Notes under the pieces: generated by a model | Databases searched by the model: none | What the model saw: only the letters and a program-made list of their open reading frames with translations | Told to the model about the DNA's origin: nothing | In this document: positions 52,401 to 61,446 of the stretch, in pieces | Layout of the letters: each line of letters opens with the position of its first letter | How positions within the stretch are numbered: the stretch's first letter is position 1 | Position numbers and translations under genes: made by a program | NCBI GenBank assembly: GCA_042571705.1 | Contig: JBHPFV010000005.1 | Coordinates: 4,628 to 68,627 of the forward strand | Length of the DNA stretch: 64,000 nt | Origin: Candidatus Omnitrophota bacterium | GTDB lineage: Bacteria; Omnitrophota; Gorgyraeia; JAFGHF01 | Reading direction: 5' to 3'

Positions 52401-52833
52401 GGAAGTGATTAAGGATGGCTGGTATATAACAGGAGATATTGCCACAATGGATGAAGACGGCTTTATTCAAATTACAGATAGGCTCAGCAGATTTAGTAAG
52501 ATTGGCGGAGAAATGGTGCCACATATCAAGATTGAGGAAGAGATTACTAATATTTTAGGCGCAGTGGAAACCTTGTGCGCTGTGACATCAGTTCCGGATG
52601 AAAAGAAGGGAGAACGGCTTGTTGTTCTTTATAAAGGAGATATAGATATTGAAAAATTGTGGGAGCAGTTGAATGCAAGTCAGATCCCTAAATTATGGAT
52701 TCCCAAGAAAGATAGTTTTTATAAAATTGAGAATATTCCTCTTTTAGGAAGCGGCAAACTAGATCTCAAGAGAGTTAAACGGATGGCTCAAAATTTAGCA
52801 AAAGATGTTAGTGAATCAGGAAAGCGAGAGTAA
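49399..52833 (+). CDS. Triple fusion: MFS lysophospholipid transporter (LplT-like) + PlsC-type acyltransferase + acyl-ACP synthetase (Aas-like AMP-ligase)
   Basis: 12-TM MFS N-terminus (FLGAFNDNAFKL). HxxxxD acyltransferase motif (NHVSFID). AMP-binding motifs (FSSGSTGEPKG, GYGATE, GDIATMDEDG). The GTG start overlaps the MarR stop (GTGA). Confidence 0.85.
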   Translation: MRRSLSQRGFKALLATQFLGAFNDNAFKLIVSLFAVNLFVQQRGGTEYLSLPAAIFILPFLLFSTYAGFVADRVSKHKIIIWTKVLELIVMVLGFAALSVGNIWAILVVLFLMGLQSTFFGPAKYGILPEMLDDEDLSEGNGAIQLWTYVAIISGMAFGGYIFYVTKNNLGRAALFFIAISILGIITSFFVTRVRSSGSRRRFEWNFPAEILKNIKRIALVKAIWLSIVGLVYFGLLASIFQLNILIYAQKIMRVNELYTGFLLTLLALGVGVGSIVAGKISAKKVEFGFVPLGSLGLSLFSILLGFTYSSYAITAICLFIFGVSAGFYIVPLNTYIQQQSPQDRRGQVLATLNFLSFLAVLMGTGIIFVLREWIELNAARIFFVSGICSILVTAYIFRVQPIAFIRLLNWFFTHSFYKMKVVGTENVPREGGALLVCNHVSFIDPLLIQGSLQRPIRFLIWRAVFKLRAFNSICRIMKVIPISFTDQAKTIAESLEEARRAIKQGELVCIFAEGHLTRTGNMLSFNRGFEHIMKGIEAPIIPMYIDRMWGSIFSFKDGRPFWKMPKTIPYPLTLCFGKPMASDSEVHQVRTSVLELSSEAFKLRGRDQEKLHIAFVNEAKKHPFKFCIADSTKMNLNYLQALASVMVISKKLFPSSSKYQIGEMIGILLPASCIASLTNGATLFAGKIPVNLNFTASKESIDSSIKQCQIKTIITSRKFLERLKWDIQDNMVFVEDLKTNISSFDKITSFLAALLLPRWAIRALYIRGDKHNINDVATVIFSSGSTGEPKGIMLSHGNIFSNIEGFYQVMHLEPDDIIVGVLPFFHSFGFTATLCLPPGCGIGAVYHNNPLDAATIGKIIQKFKATILLGTPTFFSAYIKKCSAEQFKSVRYALAGAEKLKQNIADAFSKKFGIIPFEGYGATELSPIVSLGISDQINEDERLTQPGYKPGKVGQPIPGVAAKIVDPDTFKLLPYNEEGLLLIKGPNVMLGYLNQPEKTKEVIKDGWYITGDIATMDEDGFIQITDRLSRFSKIGGEMVPHIKIEEEITNILGAVETLCAVTSVPDEKKGERLVVLYKGDIDIEKLWEQLNASQIPKLWIPKKDSFYKIENIPLLGSGKLDLKRVKRMAQNLAKDVSESGKRE

Positions 52834-52842
52834 GGAGAAACA

Positions 52843-53595
52843 ATGCAGCAAATAGCTTCAAGTAGATTGTACACAAAAGACAAGGTTACGCTTGCCTATG
52901 AACATGCGCAGCATGGACATCGGTCTATAATCATTGTCTGCCCGGGATTCTTTAATAGCAAAAAGAATAGATGGATGCGCAAAAGTAGAGAATTGCTTTC
53001 TAGAGAGCATGACACAATGATTTTTGATTTTCGTGGACATGGCGAAAGCGGCGGAAAATTCTCCTGGTCGGCAAAGGAGCATCGCGATGTCGAGGCAATC
53101 CTTGATTATCTCAAGCCCTATAATTATCGCTCCACAGGTATTCTTGCCTATTCTTTAGGTGCAGCAGCGTCAATTAACGCAGTAGCCAGGAGAAAAAGTG
53201 TCCAGAGTATGATTTTAGTTAGTTGTCCATATAGTTTCTGGAAGATAAATTATCACTTTTGGGAACCGGAAATGCTTTCCGACCTTAAAGATAATTTTGA
53301 GTGCGATTGGGAAGGTAAGGGGGCCCGAGCGGGCAGTTTATTAAACCCTAAAAGAAAGCCGATTAATGAAATCAAAAAAATAAAGGATATTCCTGTTTTC
53401 TTTATACATGGTAAGCGGGACTGGATTATCAAGGATTATCATTCACAGAGGTTATATGAAGCTGCCCAGGGCGTTAAAAAGATTGAATTAATAGAAGATG
53501 GTCTGCATGCCGAACGACTGATTCAACAACATCCAGAAAAGATGAAGACTTTAATTCTTGATTGGTTTAAAAGTACCTTAAAAAAGGAGGTCTGA
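52843..53595 (+). CDS. Alpha/beta-hydrolase fold protein
   Basis: DFRGHGESGG, nucleophile elbow AYSLGAA, and late D/H (GKRDW, GLHAE). Confidence 0.75.
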   Translation: MQQIASSRLYTKDKVTLAYEHAQHGHRSIIIVCPGFFNSKKNRWMRKSRELLSREHDTMIFDFRGHGESGGKFSWSAKEHRDVEAILDYLKPYNYRSTGILAYSLGAAASINAVARRKSVQSMILVSCPYSFWKINYHFWEPEMLSDLKDNFECDWEGKGARAGSLLNPKRKPINEIKKIKDIPVFFIHGKRDWIIKDYHSQRLYEAAQGVKKIELIEDGLHAERLIQQHPEKMKTLILDWFKSTLKKEV

Positions 53596-53596
53596 C

Positions 53597-54328
53597 ATGA
53601 GGTGGCTACTAATATCTGCGATTCAATTATTGTTTACTCTTTTTCTATATGCTGTTGGTATTATCATTATTGGTCTGGCTGTTTTTCCTGGCGTATTACT
53701 AGTGTTTAATGTCTGGAAGACTGCCGCAGTTTATCAGCCAGCGATAAGGATTTTGTTTCTATGTTTATCCATGACAGCGGCGTATTTTGTTTATGGAATT
53801 AGTCTAATTCTTCTTGTTGGTATCGTCAGGATTGTTTTTAGGCTATCTCTTCGGGAGGGAGAATACCCCTTACATTCACTCGGCGCCTTTAGATGGGCCT
53901 TAATTAATTCACTTGTATTAGTTGTTTCTAATACGTTTATGGATTTTATTTTACTCACCCCATTTATTAATATTTTTTATCGCTTAATGGGGGCTAAGCT
54001 TGGCAAGAATGTGCAGATAAACACTAAATTTTGTGCGGATCTTTCGCTGCTTGAAATTGGCGATGGTGCTGTTATCGGAGGACATGCTACAGTGATTGGG
54101 CATTCGTTTGAGCGCAGCAGAATAATCTTGAAAAAGGTAAAAATTGGCAAAAGCTCTATTATTGGCCTGAATTCAGTTATTTTACCCGGAGCAGACATAG
54201 GAGATGGTGCGCTTATTGCCGCAGGTGCTGTATTGGCCAAAAATACGGTAGTTGAGCCACGCAACGTTTATTTTGGGGTTCCGGCCACATCGCTTAAAGA
54301 AAGACATAAGCATAAGCGTGAAGAGTAA
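53597..54328 (+). CDS. Membrane-anchored left-handed beta-helix (hexapeptide repeat) acyltransferase-like protein
   Basis: Four TM segments, then hexapeptide repeats (IGDGAVIGGHATVIG, IGKSSIIGLNSVILPGADIGDGALIAAGAVL). Confidence 0.7.
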   Translation: MRWLLISAIQLLFTLFLYAVGIIIIGLAVFPGVLLVFNVWKTAAVYQPAIRILFLCLSMTAAYFVYGISLILLVGIVRIVFRLSLREGEYPLHSLGAFRWALINSLVLVVSNTFMDFILLTPFINIFYRLMGAKLGKNVQINTKFCADLSLLEIGDGAVIGGHATVIGHSFERSRIILKKVKIGKSSIIGLNSVILPGADIGDGALIAAGAVLAKNTVVEPRNVYFGVPATSLKERHKHKREE

Positions 54329-54344
54329 TAAAGAGAAAGTTGCG

Positions 54345-56066
54345 ATGAAAAAACTTACAGTTACCCTGACGACAATAAAAGAGCGCGATTCTATTTATCG
54401 ATTACGGCACGACGTTTATGCAAATGAACTTAATCAACATTCTCCAAATGTAGACGGCAGATTAAGCGATAAGCTGGATGAGGCCAATGTTTATTTCACG
54501 GCGAAAGCGGATGGCAAGGTAGCTGGGTTTATCAGCATTACACCGCCAGCGAGTCGAAGTTATTCTATAGATAAATATTTCTCAAGAGACACCTTGCCTT
54601 TTGACTTTAACAATGGATTGTATGAAGTTAGGCTTTTGACTGTGGTTAATCCTTTCAGAGGCAGTATAACTGCAGGTCTTTTGATGTATGCTGCATTCCG
54701 ATGGATAGAAGAAAACGGAGGCACTAGAATAGTCGCGATCGGGCGGCGAGAAGTCTTGGACCTATATTTAAAAGTAGGGCTAAAATCTCTTGGTCAACAG
54801 GTTAAAGCCGGCGCTGTTACTTATGAGCTTTTGAGTGAGACAACAGATAATATTATAAGGAAGTATTTAAGCAAATATAAGAACCAATTAGAGAAACTGA
54901 GGGAAAAAGTCAATTGGCAGCTTGAGATCCCATTTTATGGTCAAGACTCCTGTTATCACGGCGGTACCTTCTTTAAGGCTGTTGGTGAAGAGTTTGACAA
55001 TCTTGATAGGAGGAATAATATTATCAATGCTGATGTGCTTGACGCTTGGTATCCCCCTTCTCCAAAAGTAATTAGGGCTTTACAGCAACATCTCCCGTGG
55101 CTTTTGTATACATCTCCTCCAACAAATTGCGAAGGGATGCTGAGGACAATTGCGCGTGTGCGTAATATTGACCCTGGATGTATTTTGCCAGGAGCAGGCT
55201 CTTCCGACTTGATTTTTTTGGCCTTGCGGCAATGGCTTAATCTTTATTCAAAGGTTCTCATCCTGGACCCAACCTATGGAGAATATGCGCACATACTTGA
55301 AAAGATCATAGGTTGTGAAGTTGATCGCTTTGCCCTTTCGCGTAATAAGGGATATGTACTCGATTCTATGCAGCTAAAGGAAAAACTTAATGCTAATTGT
55401 TACGATATGGTTATAATTGTTAATCCAAATAGTCCTACTGGACATTATGTCCCTAGGGAAGAGCTGGAAAGTGTTTTTAGACATGTTTCTCCAAAGACGC
55501 TTGTTTGGGTAGATGAAACATATGTTGAATATGTTGGACCTGGTAATTCTCTTGAATATTTTGCTTCTCAAAGAGATAATGTAATTGTTTGTAAATCGAT
55601 GTCTAAGGTTTACGCACTTAGCGGGTTACGTGCCGCTTATATCTGTACTTCAGCTAAATTAATTAGAGCCTTAAAGAGAATCACTCCGCCTTGGGCTGTT
55701 AGCCTTCCAGCCCAAATAGCGGCAGTTAAAGCCCTGCAGGACCCTGGATATTATATGGGGAGGTATAAAGATACACATCTCCTGAGAAATGAATTAGCTG
55801 TGCAACTCAAGAGTTTAGATGGTTTGGATATTGTTCCTGGCGTGGCGAATTTTCTCCTTTGTCATTTACCTGAAGATGGGCCAGATGCCGCAACAATTCT
55901 AAATAGATGTCAAAAATATGGCCTATACCTGCGTGATGTGACTGCAATGGGAACATCGATTGGTAGACATGCCTTTCGTATCGCCGTTAAAGACAAAGAC
56001 ACAAACAGGCGAATGATAGGAATTCTAGGGAAAGTTTTACAAAAAGAGGCAATGATAGAAAATTAG
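54345..56066 (+). CDS. Fusion: GNAT-like N-acyltransferase (N-acyl amino acid synthase/OlsB-like) + class I/II PLP aminotransferase (HisC/CobD-like)
   Basis: The N-terminal ~190 aa contain YRLRHDVYANELNQH and FRWIEENGGTRIVAIG. The C-terminal part contains NPNSPTG and SMSKVYALSGLRAAY (PLP lysine context). The ORF opens at 54252; Met 54345 follows the upstream stop. Confidence 0.7.
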   Translation: MKKLTVTLTTIKERDSIYRLRHDVYANELNQHSPNVDGRLSDKLDEANVYFTAKADGKVAGFISITPPASRSYSIDKYFSRDTLPFDFNNGLYEVRLLTVVNPFRGSITAGLLMYAAFRWIEENGGTRIVAIGRREVLDLYLKVGLKSLGQQVKAGAVTYELLSETTDNIIRKYLSKYKNQLEKLREKVNWQLEIPFYGQDSCYHGGTFFKAVGEEFDNLDRRNNIINADVLDAWYPPSPKVIRALQQHLPWLLYTSPPTNCEGMLRTIARVRNIDPGCILPGAGSSDLIFLALRQWLNLYSKVLILDPTYGEYAHILEKIIGCEVDRFALSRNKGYVLDSMQLKEKLNANCYDMVIIVNPNSPTGHYVPREELESVFRHVSPKTLVWVDETYVEYVGPGNSLEYFASQRDNVIVCKSMSKVYALSGLRAAYICTSAKLIRALKRITPPWAVSLPAQIAAVKALQDPGYYMGRYKDTHLLRNELAVQLKSLDGLDIVPGVANFLLCHLPEDGPDAATILNRCQKYGLYLRDVTAMGTSIGRHAFRIAVKDKDTNRRMIGILGKVLQKEAMIEN

Positions 56067-56076
56067 GAACTAAAAG

Positions 56077-57348
56077 ATGATAACAAGACTCGTAAGGAAT
56101 ATGCTTTCCGACCAAAGGGATGATTATGTTTTTTACGCATCCGATGATAAAGCCTTGTTTGTTGATCCCAAAAAGGAGTTCGGGTTATACATTCACATCC
56201 CTTTCTGCAAAAGCATGTGTCCTTATTGTCCATACAACAAGGTTTTTTACAAAAAGGAATTGGCTACTCAATTCAAAGACGCCATTGTAAATGAGATTAA
56301 AAGATATAACGCGAAATTAGGACAAAGGCAATTCTATTCACTATATGTTGGGGGAGGAACACCGACATTACTTATCGATGAATTAAAAGATATTGTTAAT
56401 GAATTAAAGAGGTTATTTATATTAGATGGGCCGCTCGCAGTTGAAACAGTACCAAGTGATATTACAGATAACAAGGTTAGGAAACTAAAGGAAATAGGTT
56501 TTGATTATATAAGTCTTGGTGTTCAAAGTTTCAATGATAAATATCTTTCTCTTATTGGGCGTAATCATAATGCTGACGAAACAAAGAAAGCCATCGAGCT
56601 TATTAGTCAGCATAGGTTTAAGTTGTTCAACATTGATCTGATTTTCGCATTTCCAGAACAAAATTTGAAAGAGCTACAATCAGACCTAATAGAATGTTTA
56701 TCCTTCAATCCAGACCAGATTACTTGTTATCCTTTATTTACCTTTCCTTATACGGCTGTCGGAAAATATCTCAAAATAAAAAAATTAAAAATGCCTCCTA
56801 TAAAACAACGAAAAGCGATGTATTATCTAATAAGTGATTTCTTTAAGAAAAATTCATATTATCAATCGTCAGTCTGGGGATTTAATAGGATAAAAAAGGA
56901 ATCGTATTCTTCTGTCACAAGAGACTACTATATTGGATTGGGAGCAGGGGCCGCCTCATATACAGGTGAATACTTTTATTTTAATACTTTCTCTTTGAAA
57001 GAATACATGAAAACCTTAAACCAGAAGTTACCTATTGCCTTAAAAATGAATGTGAGTGATAGAATGAGTCGGCTTTTTTGGTTATATTGGCGATTTTATG
57101 AAACGCGTATTCCGTTTGATAAATATAAACAAGAATTTCAGAGCGATATAAAAAAAGATTTCGGTTTCATTTTCAAGTTAATTGAACGCATGAATTGGGC
57201 AGATAAAAATGGCCCGAGCGAATTAAAACTCAACAAGATAGGTTGCCATTGGATACATTTAATACAGAATCAGTATGCATTAAACTATGTAAATAAAATA
57301 TGGCCTATTTGCCAGAAAATACCATGGCCCCAAAAGATTCCACTATGA
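56077..57348 (+). CDS. HemN-like radical SAM enzyme (HemW / class C methyltransferase-type)
   Basis: HIPFCKSMCPYCPY (CxxxCxxC), YVGGGTP, GVQSF. Confidence 0.8.
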   Translation: MITRLVRNMLSDQRDDYVFYASDDKALFVDPKKEFGLYIHIPFCKSMCPYCPYNKVFYKKELATQFKDAIVNEIKRYNAKLGQRQFYSLYVGGGTPTLLIDELKDIVNELKRLFILDGPLAVETVPSDITDNKVRKLKEIGFDYISLGVQSFNDKYLSLIGRNHNADETKKAIELISQHRFKLFNIDLIFAFPEQNLKELQSDLIECLSFNPDQITCYPLFTFPYTAVGKYLKIKKLKMPPIKQRKAMYYLISDFFKKNSYYQSSVWGFNRIKKESYSSVTRDYYIGLGAGAASYTGEYFYFNTFSLKEYMKTLNQKLPIALKMNVSDRMSRLFWLYWRFYETRIPFDKYKQEFQSDIKKDFGFIFKLIERMNWADKNGPSELKLNKIGCHWIHLIQNQYALNYVNKIWPICQKIPWPQKIPL

Positions 57349-58253
57349 GTAAAAATTTATTACATAAGACATGTTATTATTTATGGTGGACTTATCAATG
57401 TAAGTTTCACAAGAGGAAAATCCCTCTAACAAGCTCCTTAATACTTACTGATAAATGTAACTTGAAATGTCAACATTGTACAGTTGCTAATCTGGGGTAC
57501 GCAGAGTCAAGCTACAAAGACGTCATAAAAGATATTAGGACATTATACAATATGGGATCTCGTATGCTTGTAATAACGGGCGGAGAGCCGTTCTTATGGG
57601 AGGATGGAGAATATAGGCTTAATAATGTGGTTAGAGAGGCAAAACGATTAGGTTTCTTTCGAATAGTCGTGTGTACTAACGGAACGTTTGAATTGAAGTC
57701 AGACGCAGATTATCTTTGGGTTAGCCTTGATGGATTTCCCAAAGAACACAATACGATTAGAGGCGATGTATATGGGGATGTAATACATAATATATCCCAA
57801 AGCAACCACGAAGGCATTTATATAAACTTTACAATAAGCAAGGTTAACCTTATGGATTTAGAAGATTCTGCGGATGTTGTTTTGAATTGTAGGGATATTC
57901 GAGGAGTGTTGTTTCACCTGTGTACGCCATATATTGGCTCTGATGAGACCATAATGCTGGATGAGGAGGAAAGGAATATAGCAATTAACAAACTACAACG
58001 AATCAAAAAAAGACATCCAACGAAAGTATCTAATACATTTGATGGCATTAACCTACTAAAGAGTAATAGATGGGAAAGGCCAATATGGGCAAGTATTGTT
58101 ATCAATCAAGGAAAGATAAGCCCTTGCTGTTGTAGAAAAGGTATATATGATAGCGATGTGTGTTTGAAATGCGGTTGTTCGCCTGCAGTTGAAACATTAG
58201 TATTGCAAAGGCTGAAACCTTTAGCAATAATTGAGAATTTGAGATTTTTGTAG
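57345..58253 (+). CDS. Radical SAM enzyme with Cys-rich C-terminal auxiliary-cluster-like region
   Basis: LTDKCNLKCQHCTV (CxxxCxxC), ITGGEPF, and a C-terminal PCCCRKG...CLKCGC. ATGA overlap with the upstream gene. Confidence 0.8.
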   Translation: MSKNLLHKTCYYLWWTYQCKFHKRKIPLTSSLILTDKCNLKCQHCTVANLGYAESSYKDVIKDIRTLYNMGSRMLVITGGEPFLWEDGEYRLNNVVREAKRLGFFRIVVCTNGTFELKSDADYLWVSLDGFPKEHNTIRGDVYGDVIHNISQSNHEGIYINFTISKVNLMDLEDSADVVLNCRDIRGVLFHLCTPYIGSDETIMLDEEERNIAINKLQRIKKRHPTKVSNTFDGINLLKSNRWERPIWASIVINQGKISPCCCRKGIYDSDVCLKCGCSPAVETLVLQRLKPLAIIENLRFL

Positions 58254-58293
58254 ATACTCTTATCTTTTGGGATGCCGGGGAAAGGGGATACTT

Positions 58294-58467
58294 CTATTTT
58301 TTGCGCACTGCCTTAGCAACGGTTTTGTGGTCAATTCCTAAGATCTTGCCTATCTTGGTATAGGATAAGCCCAAAAGGTGTAATTTGATTGCTTTTTGGG
58401 CTAATTTTTGGTATAAATAAGGGTACTTTACTGGAAGGATCTTAATGTGAGCCTGGATCTCAGCCAT
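58294..58467 (-). CDS. Small HTH protein or recombinase/transposase-type HTH remnant
   Basis: MAEIQAHIKILPVKYPYLYQKLAQKAIKLHLLGLSYTKIGKILGIDHKTVAKAVRKK*. Most of it lies in a 128-nt repeat that recurs at 61495-61621. Confidence 0.4.
   Translation of the reverse strand: MAEIQAHIKILPVKYPYLYQKLAQKAIKLHLLGLSYTKIGKILGIDHKTVAKAVRKK
58303..58430. repeat. Direct repeat A (~128 nt) encoding the HTH segment on the minus strand
   Basis: Aligns with 61495-61621. The last ~50 nt are almost identical (aaaaggtgtaatt..ttgctttttgggctaattt.tggtataaataagggtacttta). Confidence 0.8.
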
Positions 58468-58864
58468 AGTTCGAATTGGTTGTGACCGGGTCCACCAAAA
58501 TTTTGCGACAAAGCAAAAATTTGGTGGAGGTCTGAACGAGCGTTGCGAGCCGACAAGGCGAGCAGCGAGTGAAGACACCACATCCTTAACAATTAGAGAA
58601 GAACAATGGATGCCCCTGCTAAAAGTATGTTGGGCACCACCACCTTATCAAACGTTGAAAAAGGGGACACTTCTTTTTTTGCCGACATTTTCACTTTGCA
58701 AAAATAGGGACTGTCCTTTTTTTGAACAGTAGCAAAAAAAGACGGTTCTATTTTAAAGTAATTAAGGGTTGTGTCCCTAGAATCCAAAATTTGCACGGAA
58801 CTACGTATCATATTGTTATCAACATCGGCCAGCCCGGGGAGGGTAGATTCAATTGTTCCAGAAT

Positions 58865-61057
58865 ATGTTTTCTAACAAGTCAGACAAGAATAATTTAAAT
58901 CGAAAAATGATGTTGCGTCTTTTCGCAATAAGTTTTGGGTCTCTTTTTTGGGAGATTCTGCTAATTAGATGGATTCCCTCAGAACTTCCTTTTCTCGCTT
59001 TTTTCCGTTCGCTTGTTCTCCTGGCCTGTTTCTTAGGTTTAGGCATAGGTTGTATTGCCTATAAGCGCATTAAACTTGGAAATGGATCACCTGTGATATT
59101 ATTTCTTACGGGTATATTTATTATTAGCCTTATTATCTCAGCCGGAGGATCTAATCTTAGATCAAGAGGTTTTGGTAATAAGGTAGGAATATTTCAGCAA
59201 GAGGCAAAAAATGTAGCAGCCCAAAGAGACAAACCTAATCTAGTTGATTTTACAATTGAATTTGAAGGAGATAAAAGTGGTGGTAAATTAGTCATTATAT
59301 GCACTTTTATTTTGGTAAGCCTGACTTTTATTCCTATGGGGATTATGTTAGCCCGTTGTTTTAGTAATTTAAGTCCTATACCAGCTTATCTAATCAATGT
59401 TTTGGGAGCGCTTATTGGAACTTTAACTTTTATAGGAGCATCAGTCACGATGCTCTCACCTCCTTATTGGTTTTTAGTTGGTTTAGCCGCATGCTGGTTT
59501 ATTCTTCCCCGTACCCATAAATGGCAAGCTATTTTTTTTACGCTGTCAATTTTACTTCTTGGGGTTATTTTCTATCAGAACCGTCATCCCAATGTTATTT
59601 GGTCTCCTTACCAACGAGTAGAATACCGTCTTAAATATACTAATTTAGAAAAATTCCCATCTATTTCCCGCAAAAAAGCACTTGTTGAAGGCCCGATATA
59701 TGTTAATTATGATTTTCATCAGTGCATGGTGGATTACGGTTTTACGAACAACAGAGAAATACTGATAGAGGTATTAAAATCTTTTCATAAAAATATTGAT
59801 CGTTCATTTTCTTTGCCAGGTGATTTATATATAACTTACCATCTGCCATACTTTTTTTGTAAACCCCAAAATGTGTTAATTATTGCTTCAGGAGCTGGCA
59901 ATGAAGCTGCTGCTGCATTACGAGAAGACGTTGAACAAATAGATGCCGTTGAAATTGACCCTGCTATTATAGAAATAGGACGGAAATTTCACCCGGAACA
60001 ACCATATAGAGATTCACGTGTAAATATTATTTGTGATGATGCCCGCGCCTTTCTTAATCGCACAGATAAGAAGTATGACTTAATAGTTATGAATCAAGTT
60101 GATTCACATTCCCAGTTCGCATCCAGTGCTAATTTGCGACTTGACAGTTATATCTATACAGTTGAATTCTTTGAACAGGTGCGCCGCCACCTTAGTCCGA
60201 ATGGTATTTTTGCTATGGAATTTAGCGGGTTTCACTGGCATAATTTGCAATGGTCGCGTGAACGAATGAAGGAAATCCTCTGGCGGGTATTTGGTTATAC
60301 ATGTACACAGCAAGTATTTCGTGGCGGTGGAGGACCAATGTTCCTAATTACCCCTGCGGCTCGACCAGGCCCGGTTTCATATAATAACAATATTTATGTT
60401 AGCACAGACAACTGGCCCCAGTTTTACTTGCGCGGGCCAATAATTCCAAAAGCATATGTGCGTCTAATTGCATATGTATTGCTGATAACGGTAATAGGTG
60501 TTTTTATCGGCAATCCCAAAAGTCTCGCGCGGATTGATACTCATTTTATGTTTTTAGGGGCAGCATTTATGATGTTTGAGATTAAAAGCATATCAGAACT
60601 TTCGCTATTGTTTGGTTCGACATGGTTGATTAATTCTCTGGTGATTATAACAATCCTGCTTGCAATTGCCGCAGCCAACCTTGTTATATTAAAATTTAAA
60701 AAAATACCTTACTCAATATGTTACGTTGTAATATTCATTTCACTTATCCTGGAAATAATATTTCCTGCCAATAGGTTTTTAAGCTTTAGCTTTATCTATC
60801 GATTAATGGTGTCTTTTCTTTATGTTGCGGTTCCTATTTTTGGTGCCGGTTTAGTATTTGCTACATCCTTTCGCCGAGCAATTCAGCCTCCTCTAGCTCT
60901 TGGATGGAATATTCTTGGGGCAATAATAGGAGGATTAGGTGAATATCTTAGTCTTATAACAGGTATTAGAGTTCTTGGTTTTTACATACTTGGGCTGTAT
61001 GTTTTATCCCTTATTACCTTATCACGGTCTCACCTCAAAATCAACAATCTTACTTGA
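58865..61057 (+). CDS. Polytopic membrane protein with spermidine-synthase-like (aminopropyl/methyltransferase fold) domain
   Basis: N- and C-terminal multi-TM regions flank VLIIASGAGNEAAAAL..IDAVEIDPAIIEIGRKF..YDLIVMNQVDS. The ORF opens at TTG 58853. Confidence 0.75.
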   Translation: MFSNKSDKNNLNRKMMLRLFAISFGSLFWEILLIRWIPSELPFLAFFRSLVLLACFLGLGIGCIAYKRIKLGNGSPVILFLTGIFIISLIISAGGSNLRSRGFGNKVGIFQQEAKNVAAQRDKPNLVDFTIEFEGDKSGGKLVIICTFILVSLTFIPMGIMLARCFSNLSPIPAYLINVLGALIGTLTFIGASVTMLSPPYWFLVGLAACWFILPRTHKWQAIFFTLSILLLGVIFYQNRHPNVIWSPYQRVEYRLKYTNLEKFPSISRKKALVEGPIYVNYDFHQCMVDYGFTNNREILIEVLKSFHKNIDRSFSLPGDLYITYHLPYFFCKPQNVLIIASGAGNEAAAALREDVEQIDAVEIDPAIIEIGRKFHPEQPYRDSRVNIICDDARAFLNRTDKKYDLIVMNQVDSHSQFASSANLRLDSYIYTVEFFEQVRRHLSPNGIFAMEFSGFHWHNLQWSRERMKEILWRVFGYTCTQQVFRGGGGPMFLITPAARPGPVSYNNNIYVSTDNWPQFYLRGPIIPKAYVRLIAYVLLITVIGVFIGNPKSLARIDTHFMFLGAAFMMFEIKSISELSLLFGSTWLINSLVIITILLAIAAANLVILKFKKIPYSICYVVIFISLILEIIFPANRFLSFSFIYRLMVSFLYVAVPIFGAGLVFATSFRRAIQPPLALGWNILGAIIGGLGEYLSLITGIRVLGFYILGLYVLSLITLSRSHLKINNLT

Positions 61058-61161
61058 TCTTTTATCCAGAAAGCAGCTCAATATTCAATTAAATAATTCA
61101 TTAGTTTCTTCCGCGTAAAGCCAGTTGCGAAACTCGTCCAGTTGGGGGGCACAATAGTTAA

Positions 61162-61422
61162 TTATCCAATAGTGCTTTCTTTAACATAAACCTCAAAAAC
61201 ATCCTTCTTGAGCCTTATCCCAGATATCTGTGACTTAGGGTTCCATGTCTTAATATTATCATTTTGAGATTGCTTCGCACAGGCACCTTCGGTGGCTAGG
61301 CTCGCAATGACGTGAGGGGCGGTTACGAGTATGGCCTTTTTTGTTTCGTGCAGGATGCGGACTTGGGTCCAGATAATGCGTTCTTTAGGATATAATAGTG
61401 AGCAATAATTGAATGGCCACAT
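61162..61422 (-). CDS. Hypothetical small protein with an in-frame short-repeat insertion (doubtful)
   Basis: 86-codon ORF. The central ..HVIASLATEGACAKQSQ.. is encoded by the dispersed palindromic repeat at 61268-61311. Confidence 0.3.
   Translation of the reverse strand: MWPFNYCSLLYPKERIIWTQVRILHETKKAILVTAPHVIASLATEGACAKQSQNDNIKTWNPKSQISGIRLKKDVFEVYVKESTIG
61268..61311. repeat. Short palindromic dispersed repeat copy
   Basis: gattgcttcgcacaggcaccttcggtggctaggctcgcaatgac, with ends gattgcttcg / ctcgcaatg. Confidence 0.55.
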
Positions 61423-61446
61423 AGTTAGTTCCTCCTTTCGTGTTTA

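Noticed and set aside
58478-58510. Possible duplicate of the tmRNA 3' end (agttcga...tccacca) that would mark an island integrated at ssrA
   Set aside because: Only two 7-nt blocks match, with a 5-nt length difference between them. The tccaccaaaa part belongs to a local 15-bp-stem hairpin, so the resemblance is most likely coincidental.
58593-59046. Minus-strand ORFs of 72 and 65 aa between the radical SAM operon and the spermidine-synthase-like gene
   Set aside because: They have no RBS, their composition is low in complexity, and one overlaps the start of the + strand gene. They were left unannotated. The region may instead hold regulatory sequence: three GGGACA-like motifs lie between 58655 and 58790.
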